Part shown: positions 8,830 to 18,441 of the stretch, in pieces | Numbering within the stretch: the stretch's first letter is position 1 | Layout of the letters: every line of letters starts with the position of its first letter | The notes under the pieces: model-generated | What the model was told of the DNA's origin: nothing | Databases searched by the model: none | What the model saw: only the letters and a program-made list of their open reading frames with translations | Made by a program: the position numbers and the translations under genes | DNA from: an uncultured Desulfobacteraceae bacterium | GTDB lineage: Bacteria; Desulfobacterota; DSM-4660; Desulfatiglandales; Desulfatiglandaceae | Assembly: GCA_964627015.1 (NCBI GenBank) | Contig: CAZVGY010000002.1 | Span: 36,554 to 100,553 of the forward strand | DNA: 64,000 bases | Reading direction: 5' to 3'

Positions 8830-10608
8830 CTATTTTTCTGTAATCAGTTTTTTTCCAGGCTCAAGTCCCTTAAGTACTTCTACTGAATCTAGAGTAGTTA
8901 TGCCTGGTTTCACCAACACCTCTTTGATTGTTCCATTCTCGTCTTCGACCCTGACAAAGTAATTGCCTCCCTTGATTTCAACAGCATCTATGGGAACCAT
9001 GATAGCATCGGACCGTTTATATGTCTGGATTTCCATATCTGCAGACATTCCGACCTTAATTTCTTTCCTATGTTTCGGATCAAGCCGTTCGACAACGATT
9101 GTGATGTCAAAGGTGGGTATATTCCGCTCTCTTTTAGCCTGTGAGGATATCTTGGTGATTTGGCCTTCCAGTTTCAGGCCGGGGAAGGCATCTCCTGTAA
9201 TTATAGCAGGTTGTCCTTTTTTAATTTTGGAAATATCCACTTCATCCACACTGGCCTTTACCGACAGGCCACTCAGGTCTCCGATGGAGAACATGATGGA
9301 ACCATATTCAAAGTCCATGCCTTTTTCTACTTTTTGGACACTTTTTCCCCTCACCGCTACAGTGGGAAGAATGACAATCCCTGACACAGGTGCAAGAACT
9401 TTGGCGTTTTTTATCCTGGTTTCAATACCTTGCATTCTGATCCGGGAGTTTTCGGCTTCCATCCTGGCAATATCGATATTTTCCTCTTTTCCTTTTTCGA
9501 GGACCGCCTCAAGTTCTTCTTGAGAAGCCCTGAAATCTATTTCCATGTTCCGAAGCTGCTCCATCGCTGATTTATATTCGCTGGCCGGAATAATCCCTTT
9601 CTGGAAAAGACGTTCAGTTTCCTCCACCTTACGCCTCTGGGAATCCAGTGAAAGTGTCGCTTTGGATAAAGATCTGCGGGCTTGTTTGACTTCGGTCCCG
9701 CTTTCCCAGTCTCTCAACTGTCTAAGATTCTGAAGTGCTTTTATGTGCGCGGCCTTTGCTTCGCGATATTTGATTTCTATATCCGAGGTGTCCATCTCCA
9801 GAAGCAAGGTCCCCTGTTCAACACGGTCACCATAACTGAAGTAAATTTCCTTTACTTTCCCGCCAAGTGGGCTGAGTATGTTAACAACTCTCAGGGGTTC
9901 CAGGTTGCCCGGAACGGATATGGTATGGGAAACGGCCTCGGGGGTTGCAGTGAATGTTTTTATCTGCATATTTTCCGGAATATTCAGAGAAGCTTCTCCG
10001 GATTTCGCGGGCCGCTTCAGGAGTTTTTTGTTCCAGAAAAAGAGGCCGGAACCCAAAAAAACAGATATTATCAGGATTGTGGAGAAAATACGGATAACCT
10101 GCACCTTTCGAAGGGCGGAGTGAAGCCCCTTATTAGTCTCCTCTATTTTGAGATAGGCCTCCTGGAGTTTTGCGTGTTTATTTTTAAGGTCTTCTGTCAG
10201 CCTTGCCTCTGTGTCGCGCAGTTTTTTCAACTCTGTAATATCGCTGAAAACGGCGATAACGCCTACTTTTTCGGCCTTTCCATCTTCTCTCATATCTTTG
10301 AGAAATGACGTTGTTAGAGAGAGAAAGACCTCCTTCTCACCGTTGAAAAAAGCGACAGTCCTGTTATGAGAAGTACTTGATTCATATATCGCATCCAGGA
10401 TGGCCTGGTTAAAGTCATCGTTACCTTCGTGTTCAAAAAAAATCTGAGCAAATTTTTTACCTGAAACTTTCTCCTGATCCAGGCAAAGGATAGATGATGC
10501 CGCGGAATTAAAGGTTATGATCTGACCGCTGAGGTCAATGGCCATGACTCCGTCGCTCATGTTTTCAAGGATATTCTTATAGACAATGGATCTCTGCCCC
10601 ATGTCCAT
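8830..10608 (-). CDS. Membrane-fusion (HlyD/MacA-type) periplasmic adaptor with N-terminal cytoplasmic PAS domain
   Basis: Domain order is PAS-like (ILENMSDGVMAIDLSGQIITFNSAASSILC...VFSDITELKKL), coiled coil, one TM (IFSTILIISVFLGSGLFFW), then lipoyl/hairpin/barrel adaptor regions. The likely start is ATG 10608 (GAAGGAGGA upstream), which forms a TGATG overlap with the TolC-like stop. The track start at 10644 is probably over-extended. Confidence 0.8.
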   Translation of the reverse strand: MDMGQRSIVYKNILENMSDGVMAIDLSGQIITFNSAASSILCLDQEKVSGKKFAQIFFEHEGNDDFNQAILDAIYESSTSHNRTVAFFNGEKEVFLSLTTSFLKDMREDGKAEKVGVIAVFSDITELKKLRDTEARLTEDLKNKHAKLQEAYLKIEETNKGLHSALRKVQVIRIFSTILIISVFLGSGLFFWNKKLLKRPAKSGEASLNIPENMQIKTFTATPEAVSHTISVPGNLEPLRVVNILSPLGGKVKEIYFSYGDRVEQGTLLLEMDTSDIEIKYREAKAAHIKALQNLRQLRDWESGTEVKQARRSLSKATLSLDSQRRKVEETERLFQKGIIPASEYKSAMEQLRNMEIDFRASQEELEAVLEKGKEENIDIARMEAENSRIRMQGIETRIKNAKVLAPVSGIVILPTVAVRGKSVQKVEKGMDFEYGSIMFSIGDLSGLSVKASVDEVDISKIKKGQPAIITGDAFPGLKLEGQITKISSQAKRERNIPTFDITIVVERLDPKHRKEIKVGMSADMEIQTYKRSDAIMVPIDAVEIKGGNYFVRVEDENGTIKEVLVKPGITTLDSVEVLKGLEPGKKLITEK

Positions 10609-12110
10609 CAATCCTCCTTCATTTTTTTTATATCTATTTTCCACGTATCCAAGGTGGTACCCAGCGTCCTGTCCATTGCTGCCAATTCGTTCAGGTAGCT
10701 GATGGTGGCATCAAGTTCATTGTTCCGGGCATTTAGAAGGTCATTATGAAATGTTACAAGCTGAAAATTGGATGATCGACCCGTTCTTAATTTCTCTCTT
10801 TCAAGCTCCAGTTTTCTTTCTGTAAACTCTCTCGCCCGTTGGGCGGATCCAACCTGGCTCAATTTCATTTCAACATCCCGAACAGCATCCATTACCTCTG
10901 TTTCGATACTGTCAGTCAGCTCATCCAGGGCCAGTCTGGCTTTTTTTAGGTGGTTTTCCGCTCTTATGACTCGTTCTTCACGGGTCAGGTCTCCGAAAGG
11001 TATGTTAAGGCTCACTCCCGCATTCAAATCACTCATGTCGGCGTTGCCTGTCGCCTTCCAGGAGTGCCGCCGTTCTGGGGTGTCGGTGGCGTCTACGCCG
11101 TAAGCCCCGTCCGGGGATACGTCCCAGAGGTAGTTGTTTTCGGCTGCGATGAGATTTAGTTCCGCTACTTTGAGGTTGAGAAGTGCCTGGAGGTAGTCGG
11201 GCCTTGCATTCAGGGCAACTGCCATGTACTTCACCGGGTCGGGTTTGATAGATTTTATTTTCATGGTTCCACTAGGGATGATCATTGTATTTTTATCAAT
11301 GTCAAGTATCCTCAGCAAAGAATAGCGTGCCGCCTCCATGGCGTTTCTGGCCCGGGTGAGGCCGAATTCCTTATCTGCCAAATCCGCCTGAGCCTGAACA
11401 ATTTCCACCTGTGCCATTCTCCCTGCCCCTATCAGGGCCCTGTTTACTTCAAGCAGGTCTTTAGCCCTTTCTAGGGATTTTGTGCTGATTTCAAGCTGTT
11501 TTCCAGCTTGAAGAAAGTTGCGGTAGGCATTGATGGCGGAGGTTACCGTGTCCATGATTGTAGATTTCAAAAAGAGGATATTGATCTGTTTATTTATCCT
11601 TGCCATTTCGAGCGGTATGGTTTTTACGGTTATACCCTCACCCTTCAATAATGGCTGATTAAATGCGAGATTCCAAGAGGAACTGTAGGTATCATCTGGA
11701 GAATTACCGTCGATTTCGCGAGCAGTAGAGTTATCCCACACAAAAGAAAGCTCCGCACCGGTTTGGAGTTTTTGAGTGACCGTGGCGAAGATTTCGGCCC
11801 GGTTAGCATATGACCTGTTTTGACCGTCGCCTACGGATACATGTTTTACTGAAGGGTTTATGGCGAGATCCGGGTGAAATTCATCTTCATCAACTCTCAG
11901 ATCAAACTTCTGGACAACGCCGTCCAGGCAAGCGCTTTTGATGCTTCTATTATGCCTCAAGGCAAGGAAGACACAGTCTGTCAGGGTCATTTCCTTAGCC
12001 TGTCCTGTCTTGGATTTGTTTTTTTCATAAGAGTGCGCAGGTACAAAAATCCAAAAGGGAACCGAAAAAATTAAAAGCAGGCAGGAAATTTTCTTGAGAG
12101 AGAAACGCAT
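10608..12110 (-). CDS. TolC-family outer membrane efflux protein
   Basis: Two-repeat OEP architecture. ATG 12110 gives the signal peptide MRFSLKKISCLLLIFSVPFWIFVPAHS. The track ORF extends to TTG 12179, and the true start is uncertain. Confidence 0.8.
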   Translation of the reverse strand: MRFSLKKISCLLLIFSVPFWIFVPAHSYEKNKSKTGQAKEMTLTDCVFLALRHNRSIKSACLDGVVQKFDLRVDEDEFHPDLAINPSVKHVSVGDGQNRSYANRAEIFATVTQKLQTGAELSFVWDNSTAREIDGNSPDDTYSSSWNLAFNQPLLKGEGITVKTIPLEMARINKQINILFLKSTIMDTVTSAINAYRNFLQAGKQLEISTKSLERAKDLLEVNRALIGAGRMAQVEIVQAQADLADKEFGLTRARNAMEAARYSLLRILDIDKNTMIIPSGTMKIKSIKPDPVKYMAVALNARPDYLQALLNLKVAELNLIAAENNYLWDVSPDGAYGVDATDTPERRHSWKATGNADMSDLNAGVSLNIPFGDLTREERVIRAENHLKKARLALDELTDSIETEVMDAVRDVEMKLSQVGSAQRAREFTERKLELEREKLRTGRSSNFQLVTFHNDLLNARNNELDATISYLNELAAMDRTLGTTLDTWKIDIKKMKED

Positions 12111-12544
12111 AATCGCAATGAAAAATTTTAAATCCGTTAGAAGTTGGTTTATGTTTTTCCCGCTCAGTGGGTTGGCCAATTTATTCAGCTGTTTTTGAGG
12201 TATACCCTGCGGCCGGAATTAAAACACAATGGGTTTTTGTGAAAAAACATAGGTTACGGGGGAGGAACTGTCAATGACGAAATACATTGATGATCCAGGC
12301 ACAGTAGGTGCGTATCAGGGGCCTTTAAATTAAAATTCATTGCAATGTGATAAAGTTTAAGTACATTTAAGCTGTGTAACCGGCATTTGAATTCCGGCCT
12401 TTCCAAGATTCTCTTCCTTTTTCCTGGCACTTGTTTTATAGTAAAAAACGAGGGTCTAAATTCAAAGATATTTAGTAATGAGTACATGTTGAGTCAATGA
12501 TTCCAGAAATGTTGTCTGTCTGGATGGCAGGAAAGGAGGGCAGT

Positions 12545-12931
12545 ATGAGTTATCTTAAAAAGGTTCCGGCTATGTTGGTTGTATTGTTTTTTGCGTTTGC
12601 TCTTACTGGTTGCGGGGTGAGCAAAGAGGAGCATGAAAAGATCGTAGAAGAGCTTAACAAGGTAAAAGCTGAATTAGCAGAAGCAAAGAAAAAAATTGCT
12701 GAGCTTTCGGGTGGAGGTGGAATAAGCGCCGGATTGACTGACAAACTTCGTGAAGCTCAGGCAAAGGCAAACGAACTGCGCGAAAAACTGGAAATAGTTA
12801 CTGGCGAAAAGAGTGAACTCATGGAGAAGTTGGGAAACATGCAGGCAGAATTCGACGAGCTTATGGAAAAACTGAAGAGTTTCCAGGGAAAAAGCGGGGG
12901 ACTGCCTACAGATCTACTTAAAAATCGCTAG
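12545..12931 (+). CDS. Small coiled-coil lipoprotein (unknown function)
   Basis: ATG 12545 is preceded by GGAGGG. Lipobox FALTGC, followed by heptad-rich EELNKVKAELAEAKKKIAEL... sequence. Confidence 0.65.
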   Translation: MSYLKKVPAMLVVLFFAFALTGCGVSKEEHEKIVEELNKVKAELAEAKKKIAELSGGGGISAGLTDKLREAQAKANELREKLEIVTGEKSELMEKLGNMQAEFDELMEKLKSFQGKSGGLPTDLLKNR

Positions 12932-13010
12932 GCTGTTTTTTTTCTTGCAGATCGAAAGGTTTGAACACATTTCAAGGGTACCTACCCCCACGTACTTACT
13001 TTAACAACAC

Positions 13011-13034
13011 AGAGCCCGGTTTTTCCCGGGCTCT
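13011..13034. terminator. 9-bp GC-rich hairpin between convergent genes
   Basis: agagcccgg-tttttc-ccgggctct, lying between the lipoprotein stop (12931) and the PNPOx-like stop (13147). Confidence 0.45.
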
Positions 13035-13146
13035 GCTGAGTTAGGCTTTTCTAAAATCCTTGCAGGAGAAGGTTGCTGGTTCTCCCTATTAATGACGAGG
13101 TGGTAGGAGTCTGATTTATAAATCTTTCATTAATTGTTCAATATAG

Positions 13147-13524
13147 TTATAAAAGCTTTTTCGCTCCTGAGTAGACCTCTTCTACTTTTAAGGCTGCTGC
13201 CGCATTTCCAGGATGCTCTTTAGGGTTCCACTTTTTCATGTCATCAAAAATTGCTCCCTCGGTGTGATAATCAATAGTCCCCTTGATCTGAAATGACTTG
13301 TTTTCCGGCGTGATGAACAGCAGCGCCCCTTTGCTGCCTGCAAATATGTTTTCTTTCGTCTTGCTGAAATAATTGTCAGCAACTACCAGCGTGTCTTCAC
13401 TGAATTTGGATACACAGGTCGCATAAATAGCATTGGGTGTACCATTTTTGTCAACGGTTATCAGAACCACTGGCCCTTTGCGGTTATCCCATTCCTTGCT
13501 GACCGATTCCGGTAATGATGGCAT
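13147..13524 (-). CDS. Pyridoxamine 5'-phosphate oxidase-like (split-barrel flavin-binding) family protein
   Basis: 125 aa with a pattern typical of small PNPOx-like proteins (VVLITVDKNGTPN...GALLFITPE...FQIKG). Family-level call only. Confidence 0.55.
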   Translation of the reverse strand: MPSLPESVSKEWDNRKGPVVLITVDKNGTPNAIYATCVSKFSEDTLVVADNYFSKTKENIFAGSKGALLFITPENKSFQIKGTIDYHTEGAIFDDMKKWNPKEHPGNAAAALKVEEVYSGAKKLL

Positions 13525-13656
13525 GTTTTATCCCCCTTGATTATAGTTAAAGGTTTGTACGTGATAATCTCAAACGGCTTTTGATGACAATAAATATTTA
13601 ATGAAACACAGGTATTTGATTGTAGCGTTTTAGAATAAGACCTGATCGACAGACCT

Positions 13657-14091
13657 TCAGCCGCCCCGGCCCTGCCGGGTGATGTCCATGTCGCGCAGGT
13701 AGATTTTTATTATATCTCTCCACGTAATGATACCCTCGATTTTGCCCTCATCAGAAGTTATAGGAAGGCATGATATCTTTTTACCCAGCAATAAGGCAAT
13801 AGCATCTTCTAAACTCGTGTCTTTGGTGACGGTAACGGGGTTTCTGCTCATAATCTGATGTGCCCTCCTGTCCAGTATGGCGATATCCCTGGACTGTTCG
13901 GAAAGAGTATTCAGGAAAGGGCTCGTGGCCTTGAGCAGATCGCGATCCGAAATCACTCCTCTGAGTTTATCGCCGGAAACCACCAATAAATGATGGAATT
14001 TTACTTTGGCAAAGATTTGGCTGATGGTCCTCAGGGAATCGTCCATCTCCACTGTTACCACTTCGGTTTTCATTATAGAAGCTATTTCCAT
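13657..14091 (-). CDS. CBS-pair domain protein
   Basis: 144 aa with two CBS repeats (HHLLVVSGDKLRGVISDRDLL ; SCLPITSDEGKIEGIITWRDI). GGAGGTGA RBS. Confidence 0.85.
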   Translation of the reverse strand: MEIASIMKTEVVTVEMDDSLRTISQIFAKVKFHHLLVVSGDKLRGVISDRDLLKATSPFLNTLSEQSRDIAILDRRAHQIMSRNPVTVTKDTSLEDAIALLLGKKISCLPITSDEGKIEGIITWRDIIKIYLRDMDITRQGRGG

Positions 14092-14480
14092 GAATCACCT
14101 CCATCCTGTAAGCGGGGTAATAATTTTAGCAATGCATGGGGCAGGTGGCTTTTTTGCAGGACCGTGTGTCTATTCGGGCCATAGCAGGTGTGTTTCACAT
14201 CCACTTGCATTTGTGAGCAGGCCCTGCGAGATCATATTGAATAGATAGGGAAAGTCAAGGGGATTGGGGGCCATGAGAAGCGCGGTTAAATGAATAGCTA
14301 TTGGACGGATTGACATCATTTTGATATGTTTCAACTTTTATAAGATATTAACTTATGCAGTTTCGAGAGCCCGGTATGGCAAACAAGGGCCGAATAAAGC
14401 CTGTGGTTGCATAAAAAATATGATAAAGAAGGTTGAAAAAGAGGAATTTGCAACCATAGGGTAGAGAGAGGTTACGAATA

Positions 14481-15065
14481 ATGCTTAGAAAATTGGCAGT
14501 AGGGCCTTATCAGGCGAATTGCTATATTCTTGGATGTAACACCACCAGGGAAGGTCTGGTTATAGATCCGGGTGGTGATGTGCCCCGGATAATGAGAGAG
14601 GTGTCCAAAGCGGGCCTTACTATCCGCTATATCCTCTTAACTCATGGCCATTTTGATCACACCGGGGGGGTAGGTGAACTGAAAAATATTACCGGCGCGC
14701 CGGTTTGGATTCACCCCCTGGATGCTCGGGGCACGAATGTACAGCCTGATGGAGATCTTTCAGACGGCCAGGAAATAAGGCTGGGAACCTATTCAATATC
14801 TGTTATACACACGCCTGGCCATTCCCCCGGAGGGGTGTGTTTCCACGCCCCGGGAGTGGTATTTACAGGTGATACCCTTTTTGCAGGATCTATAGGCAGG
14901 ACGGATTTTCCCGGAGGAAGCCAGGATGAGCTGATTCGTGGAGTGGTGAACAAGATTTTTCCCCTGGGAGACGATTTGCGGGTATATCCAGGCCATGGAC
15001 CGGCCAGCACAATAGGACGAGAACGTATGTACAATCCATTTTTCAGGTCGGTCGGACGAGTTTGA
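14481..15065 (+). CDS. MBL-fold metallo-hydrolase (glyoxalase II-like)
   Basis: THGHFDHTGG motif, HTPGHSPG, and a GDTLF...GRTDFPGG tail typical of the YcbL/GloB-like group. Confidence 0.85.
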   Translation: MLRKLAVGPYQANCYILGCNTTREGLVIDPGGDVPRIMREVSKAGLTIRYILLTHGHFDHTGGVGELKNITGAPVWIHPLDARGTNVQPDGDLSDGQEIRLGTYSISVIHTPGHSPGGVCFHAPGVVFTGDTLFAGSIGRTDFPGGSQDELIRGVVNKIFPLGDDLRVYPGHGPASTIGRERMYNPFFRSVGRV

Positions 15066-15089
15066 TCCACCTTTTAAATACGTTGCTTC

Positions 15090-16016
15090 TTATATGCTTA
15101 TTCGCAGCCCGTCTTGAGCCACAGTTACCTTGAAGTTCAGGCCACGGTCAGTCAATGCCCTTTCAACGGTTCGCTGCCACTGCTCCTGGTTAAGAGGCAC
15201 AGGATAGGGATCGTCTCCTGATGGCGGCCCAAGAGGGGACTTGGGTTGGTATTTTTTTAAGTTTATGTTAGCAGGGTCCCCTTTAACCATGTCCGCATCT
15301 CCGATGTGTACCAGGAAGGTCTGTTTTTTCGGTTTTAGAAGCCCAATAAAATGCAATGCCCTCTGGAAGCTCATGTGATGAGGCCGGTTATCAAGAGGTT
15401 CGTTCAGCCAGAAGGATTGGATGATAAGGTAATCGGGTTGAAAAAGTTCCTCGGAGATTGACGGAATGTCCATGAAATCCGAAGTATATAAAATACGGCA
15501 TTCCTGCCCCTCGCAGTCTTTGAACTTTATAACAAAACCCACGGAACCCTTTGCAAAGACCCCATGTTCCGTCTTAAAGGGGAGTACCTCGAATTCCCCC
15601 TGTTTAAACCAGATGCCCGGTTCGACCTTCCTGGTCTCTATTACTCCCATTTGTTCCAGATAGGCAAATCTTGGAGCAATGGTCTCCCAGGATTCTGCAG
15701 TCAGGAAAACCGGTACAGGCATAAAAGAGTTTCGGGGCGAGTTTCGTTTGTATGCGAACAGCTCATCCATGCCCATATAATGGTCCCCATGCTCATGGGT
15801 TATCAGAACTCCGTCAATATAATCTACGCTATGCCGCAAAAGCTGTGCACGTATATCAGGCCCACAGTCAACAAGCAGCCTGGTTTTATCAGAGAGGAGC
15901 AGGGCGGTCCTTTCTCTCTTCTCCCCTATTCTCCTCATTTCCTGACATATAAGACATTCACAGTTTACCTCAGGTAATCCCCAGGCCCCTCCGGTCCCCA
16001 AGAAATCTAGATCCAT
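15090..16016 (-). CDS. MBL-fold metallo-hydrolase (PhnP/PqqB-like subgroup)
   Basis: FLGTGGAWG start, N-terminal Cys cluster CECLIC, and HEHGDHYMG metal motif. Confidence 0.75.
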   Translation of the reverse strand: MDLDFLGTGGAWGLPEVNCECLICQEMRRIGEKRERTALLLSDKTRLLVDCGPDIRAQLLRHSVDYIDGVLITHEHGDHYMGMDELFAYKRNSPRNSFMPVPVFLTAESWETIAPRFAYLEQMGVIETRKVEPGIWFKQGEFEVLPFKTEHGVFAKGSVGFVIKFKDCEGQECRILYTSDFMDIPSISEELFQPDYLIIQSFWLNEPLDNRPHHMSFQRALHFIGLLKPKKQTFLVHIGDADMVKGDPANINLKKYQPKSPLGPPSGDDPYPVPLNQEQWQRTVERALTDRGLNFKVTVAQDGLRISI

Positions 16017-16086
16017 GTGCCATCCTCTGTTCTGGTTTGACTGTTTTTTAGCCTTAACCCTCTAGAAAGAAATCGCCAGACAGGAG

Positions 16087-17055
16087 TCAATCTCTTATTT
16101 CGACTTTCAGGTAAAGATCACCACGTCCTTCCTCCCACTGCTTTCCCATCCCCTCAAGCCTTAGATTTGTCCCGTCTGTAACACCAGACGGGACTGTCAC
16201 ACTGAACAAGCGTTTCTGAAATCCCCAAGGTATATTTACCAGCTTGCGTGTGCCAGTATGCGCTTCTGCCGGGGAGACGGTGATAGTGCCATAGAGATGA
16301 GGGCTGTCTGGCTTACTGATAGTAGGAATAACCTGAAGACGGTGAGTTCCGTGTTTGGCTGTCAGGCTCTGGACACGGTTATCGGCTCCGAGTTTTGGAA
16401 CCCTGTCAAACATTTTAAGAAAGAGCATACCAAAGAGAAATCCGCCTATGTGTGCCCACCACGCCACACCTCCTGCGTGCCCGGGAGTTCCAGCAGCACT
16501 GATAAACTGAATCATGAACCATATCCCCAGGAAAAAAAACGCAGGCAGTTCAACGAAATATGGGATGAAAATAATCGGGATGAGGGTAAGTATTTTGGAC
16601 CTGGGATAAAGGAGAAAATAGGCTCCCATTACTCCCGCGATGGCACCGCTGGCCCCTATAGTGGGGATTTCAGAGTGCCAGTTTAAAAAGAGGTGAGAAA
16701 TGCCTGAAGCGAGTCCGCACAGAATATAAAAAATAAGATAACGTAGAGGGCCCATCCGGTCCTCTATATTGTCTCCGAATATATAAAGGGTCCACATGTT
16801 TCCCAGCAGGTGCCAGAAACTTCCATGGATGAACATAAAAGAGAAAAAGGCGGTAAACTGCTGGCCGGTGGTGAAGTATGCTCCTATCTCGGGAATTGTA
16901 TATCTGGCAGGAACAAGGCCGTAAGTGAAGATAAATTTATCCAGGCCGGGTCCCTGAGCCATTTGGATAATATAAAAAAAGATATTGGAACCTATAAGAA
17001 TGCTGTTTACAAGCGGATAATTTTTGGATTCAATTGTATCGCGTATAGGGATCAT
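16087..17055 (-). CDS. Rhomboid-family intramembrane serine protease with C-terminal DnaJ-C-like soluble domain
   Basis: Rhomboid motifs HGSFWHLLGNM, GASGAIAGVMGA and AHIGGFLFG. The roughly 85-aa tail LYGTITVSPAEAHTGTRKLVNIPWG...TVPSGVTDGTNLRLEGMGK...GDLYLKVEI resembles a DnaJ/CbpA C-terminal repeat. Confidence 0.8.
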   Translation of the reverse strand: MIPIRDTIESKNYPLVNSILIGSNIFFYIIQMAQGPGLDKFIFTYGLVPARYTIPEIGAYFTTGQQFTAFFSFMFIHGSFWHLLGNMWTLYIFGDNIEDRMGPLRYLIFYILCGLASGISHLFLNWHSEIPTIGASGAIAGVMGAYFLLYPRSKILTLIPIIFIPYFVELPAFFFLGIWFMIQFISAAGTPGHAGGVAWWAHIGGFLFGMLFLKMFDRVPKLGADNRVQSLTAKHGTHRLQVIPTISKPDSPHLYGTITVSPAEAHTGTRKLVNIPWGFQKRLFSVTVPSGVTDGTNLRLEGMGKQWEEGRGDLYLKVEIRD

Positions 17056-17167
17056 AGAAGACTTGAATGATTAAGGAGAGGCCGGCCAAATGAGTTTTTA
17101 TTGAATTATAACAGGATTTGCCTTTTTTGAAAAGATCTCTATCTGTAACGGACGGCCTCAGGTGTGG

Positions 17168-18091
17168 CTATCGCCCGGAGAGCCGTTCCCATATGTCACT
17201 GGCCTCTGATTTGCTGTCTGCGCTGTAAATATCTTTCTTCGAAGTTGATATCTTTTTACCGCGGAGCCTGGCAATACGCTCTTCCAGCGGGGGATGGGTG
17301 GAAAAAAGGCTTGAAAGGCTTTTTCCAGAAAGAGGATTAGTGATAAACATATGTGCTGTCGAAGGGGCGGCTTGTAGGGGAGTACGGCGTGAATAGGCCC
17401 CCAGTTTTTCCAGCGCATTTGCAAGCCCTTCAGGATGGCCTGTAAAACTTGAACCAGTAGCATCAGCCTGATATTCCCTGGACCGTGAAATAGCCATCTG
17501 GATCAATGCGGCTGCGACAGGGGCAAGTATGGACATCACTATAAGGCCGATTGAACCCATTCCGCCTTCTTCGTCATCGCGGCCTCCACCGAAGATAGCC
17601 GACCAGCGAGCCATAGTAGCCAGCAACATGATAGCACCGGCCATTGTCGCGGCGATTGAACCTATGAGTATGTCCCGGTTCTTAATATGTGCCAGTTCGT
17701 GGGCAAGCACACCTTGTATTTCCTCCATATTCAATAGCTGCAGGGCGCCTTGTGTTAAGGCAACCACAGCATGTTCCGGATTTCTGCCTGTCGCGAATGC
17801 ATTAGGTGATTCCTGGGGAATGATATATATTCTCGGCATGGGCAGACCAGCGTTTTGGGCCAAATTTTTTACTGCATCATAGAGCTCCGGCTTTTCCTGA
17901 GGCGTTACTTCTCGAGCCCTGTACATCTTAAGGACTATTTTATCGGAATACCAGTAGGAGAAAAAATTCATTCCTGCGGCCAGAATAAGGGCTATAAACA
18001 TACCCTGGCGACCACCGAGGATTTGGCCTATAACCATGATAAAGACGGTCATAAGAGTCAGTAATATGGTCGTTTTGATCTGATTTCCCAT
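17168..18091 (-). CDS. htpX: Zinc metalloprotease HtpX
   Basis: [10 protein letters not shown] zinc motif, four TM segments, and a conserved [22 protein letters not shown]-terminal region. Confidence 0.92.
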   Translation of the reverse strand: MGNQIKTTILLTLMTVFIMVIGQILGGRQGMFIALILAAGMNFFSYWYSDKIVLKMYRAREVTPQEKPELYDAVKNLAQNAGLPMPRIYIIPQESPNAFATGRNPEHAVVALTQGALQLLNMEEIQGVLAHELAHIKNRDILIGSIAATMAGAIMLLATMARWSAIFGGGRDDEEGGMGSIGLIVMSILAPVAAALIQMAISRSREYQADATGSSFTGHPEGLANALEKLGAYSRRTPLQAAPSTAHMFITNPLSGKSLSSLFSTHPPLEERIARLRGKKISTSKKDIYSADSKSEASDIWERLSGR

Positions 18092-18217
18092 CTGTTTTTA
18101 TCTCCATTATATGAAATTTTCAGATTCGCATATACAATACTCACTGATTTTAGCATACAATATAAGCATTGTATGTATAGATGAAACCCTCATATTACAT
18201 AAAAATCGGTTTCTGTT

Positions 18218-18365
18218 GGCGGAGGGCCTGAAGTCCCCTCCCTGGCCCACGGCGATCTCCTGGGATGTATATCCTGAAGTTGCAGACTTTCGAGAGGACC
18301 GCAAGCTCTCCGCCGTACAAGGAGAAATAAAGCATTTTCAAATGTTACCGGCGGAAGTCTTCCGT
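18218..18365 (+). repeat. Short diverged relative of the Y element (see 20355..20769)
   Basis: The core gcagactttcgagaggaccgcaagctctccgc matches Y copy B gcggactttcagagggaaccgcaagctctgcgc at about 27 of 33 positions. The flanks align only weakly by eye (ggcgatctcctgggatg versus ggtggtatctcccattatg). Confidence 0.4.
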
Positions 18366-18441
18366 GGATAAGCCGCGATGAAAGACCGGGCCGGTAACCT
18401 TGAAACCGAAAAAATTGTCTCATCCAGACCAAAAAACGCCT

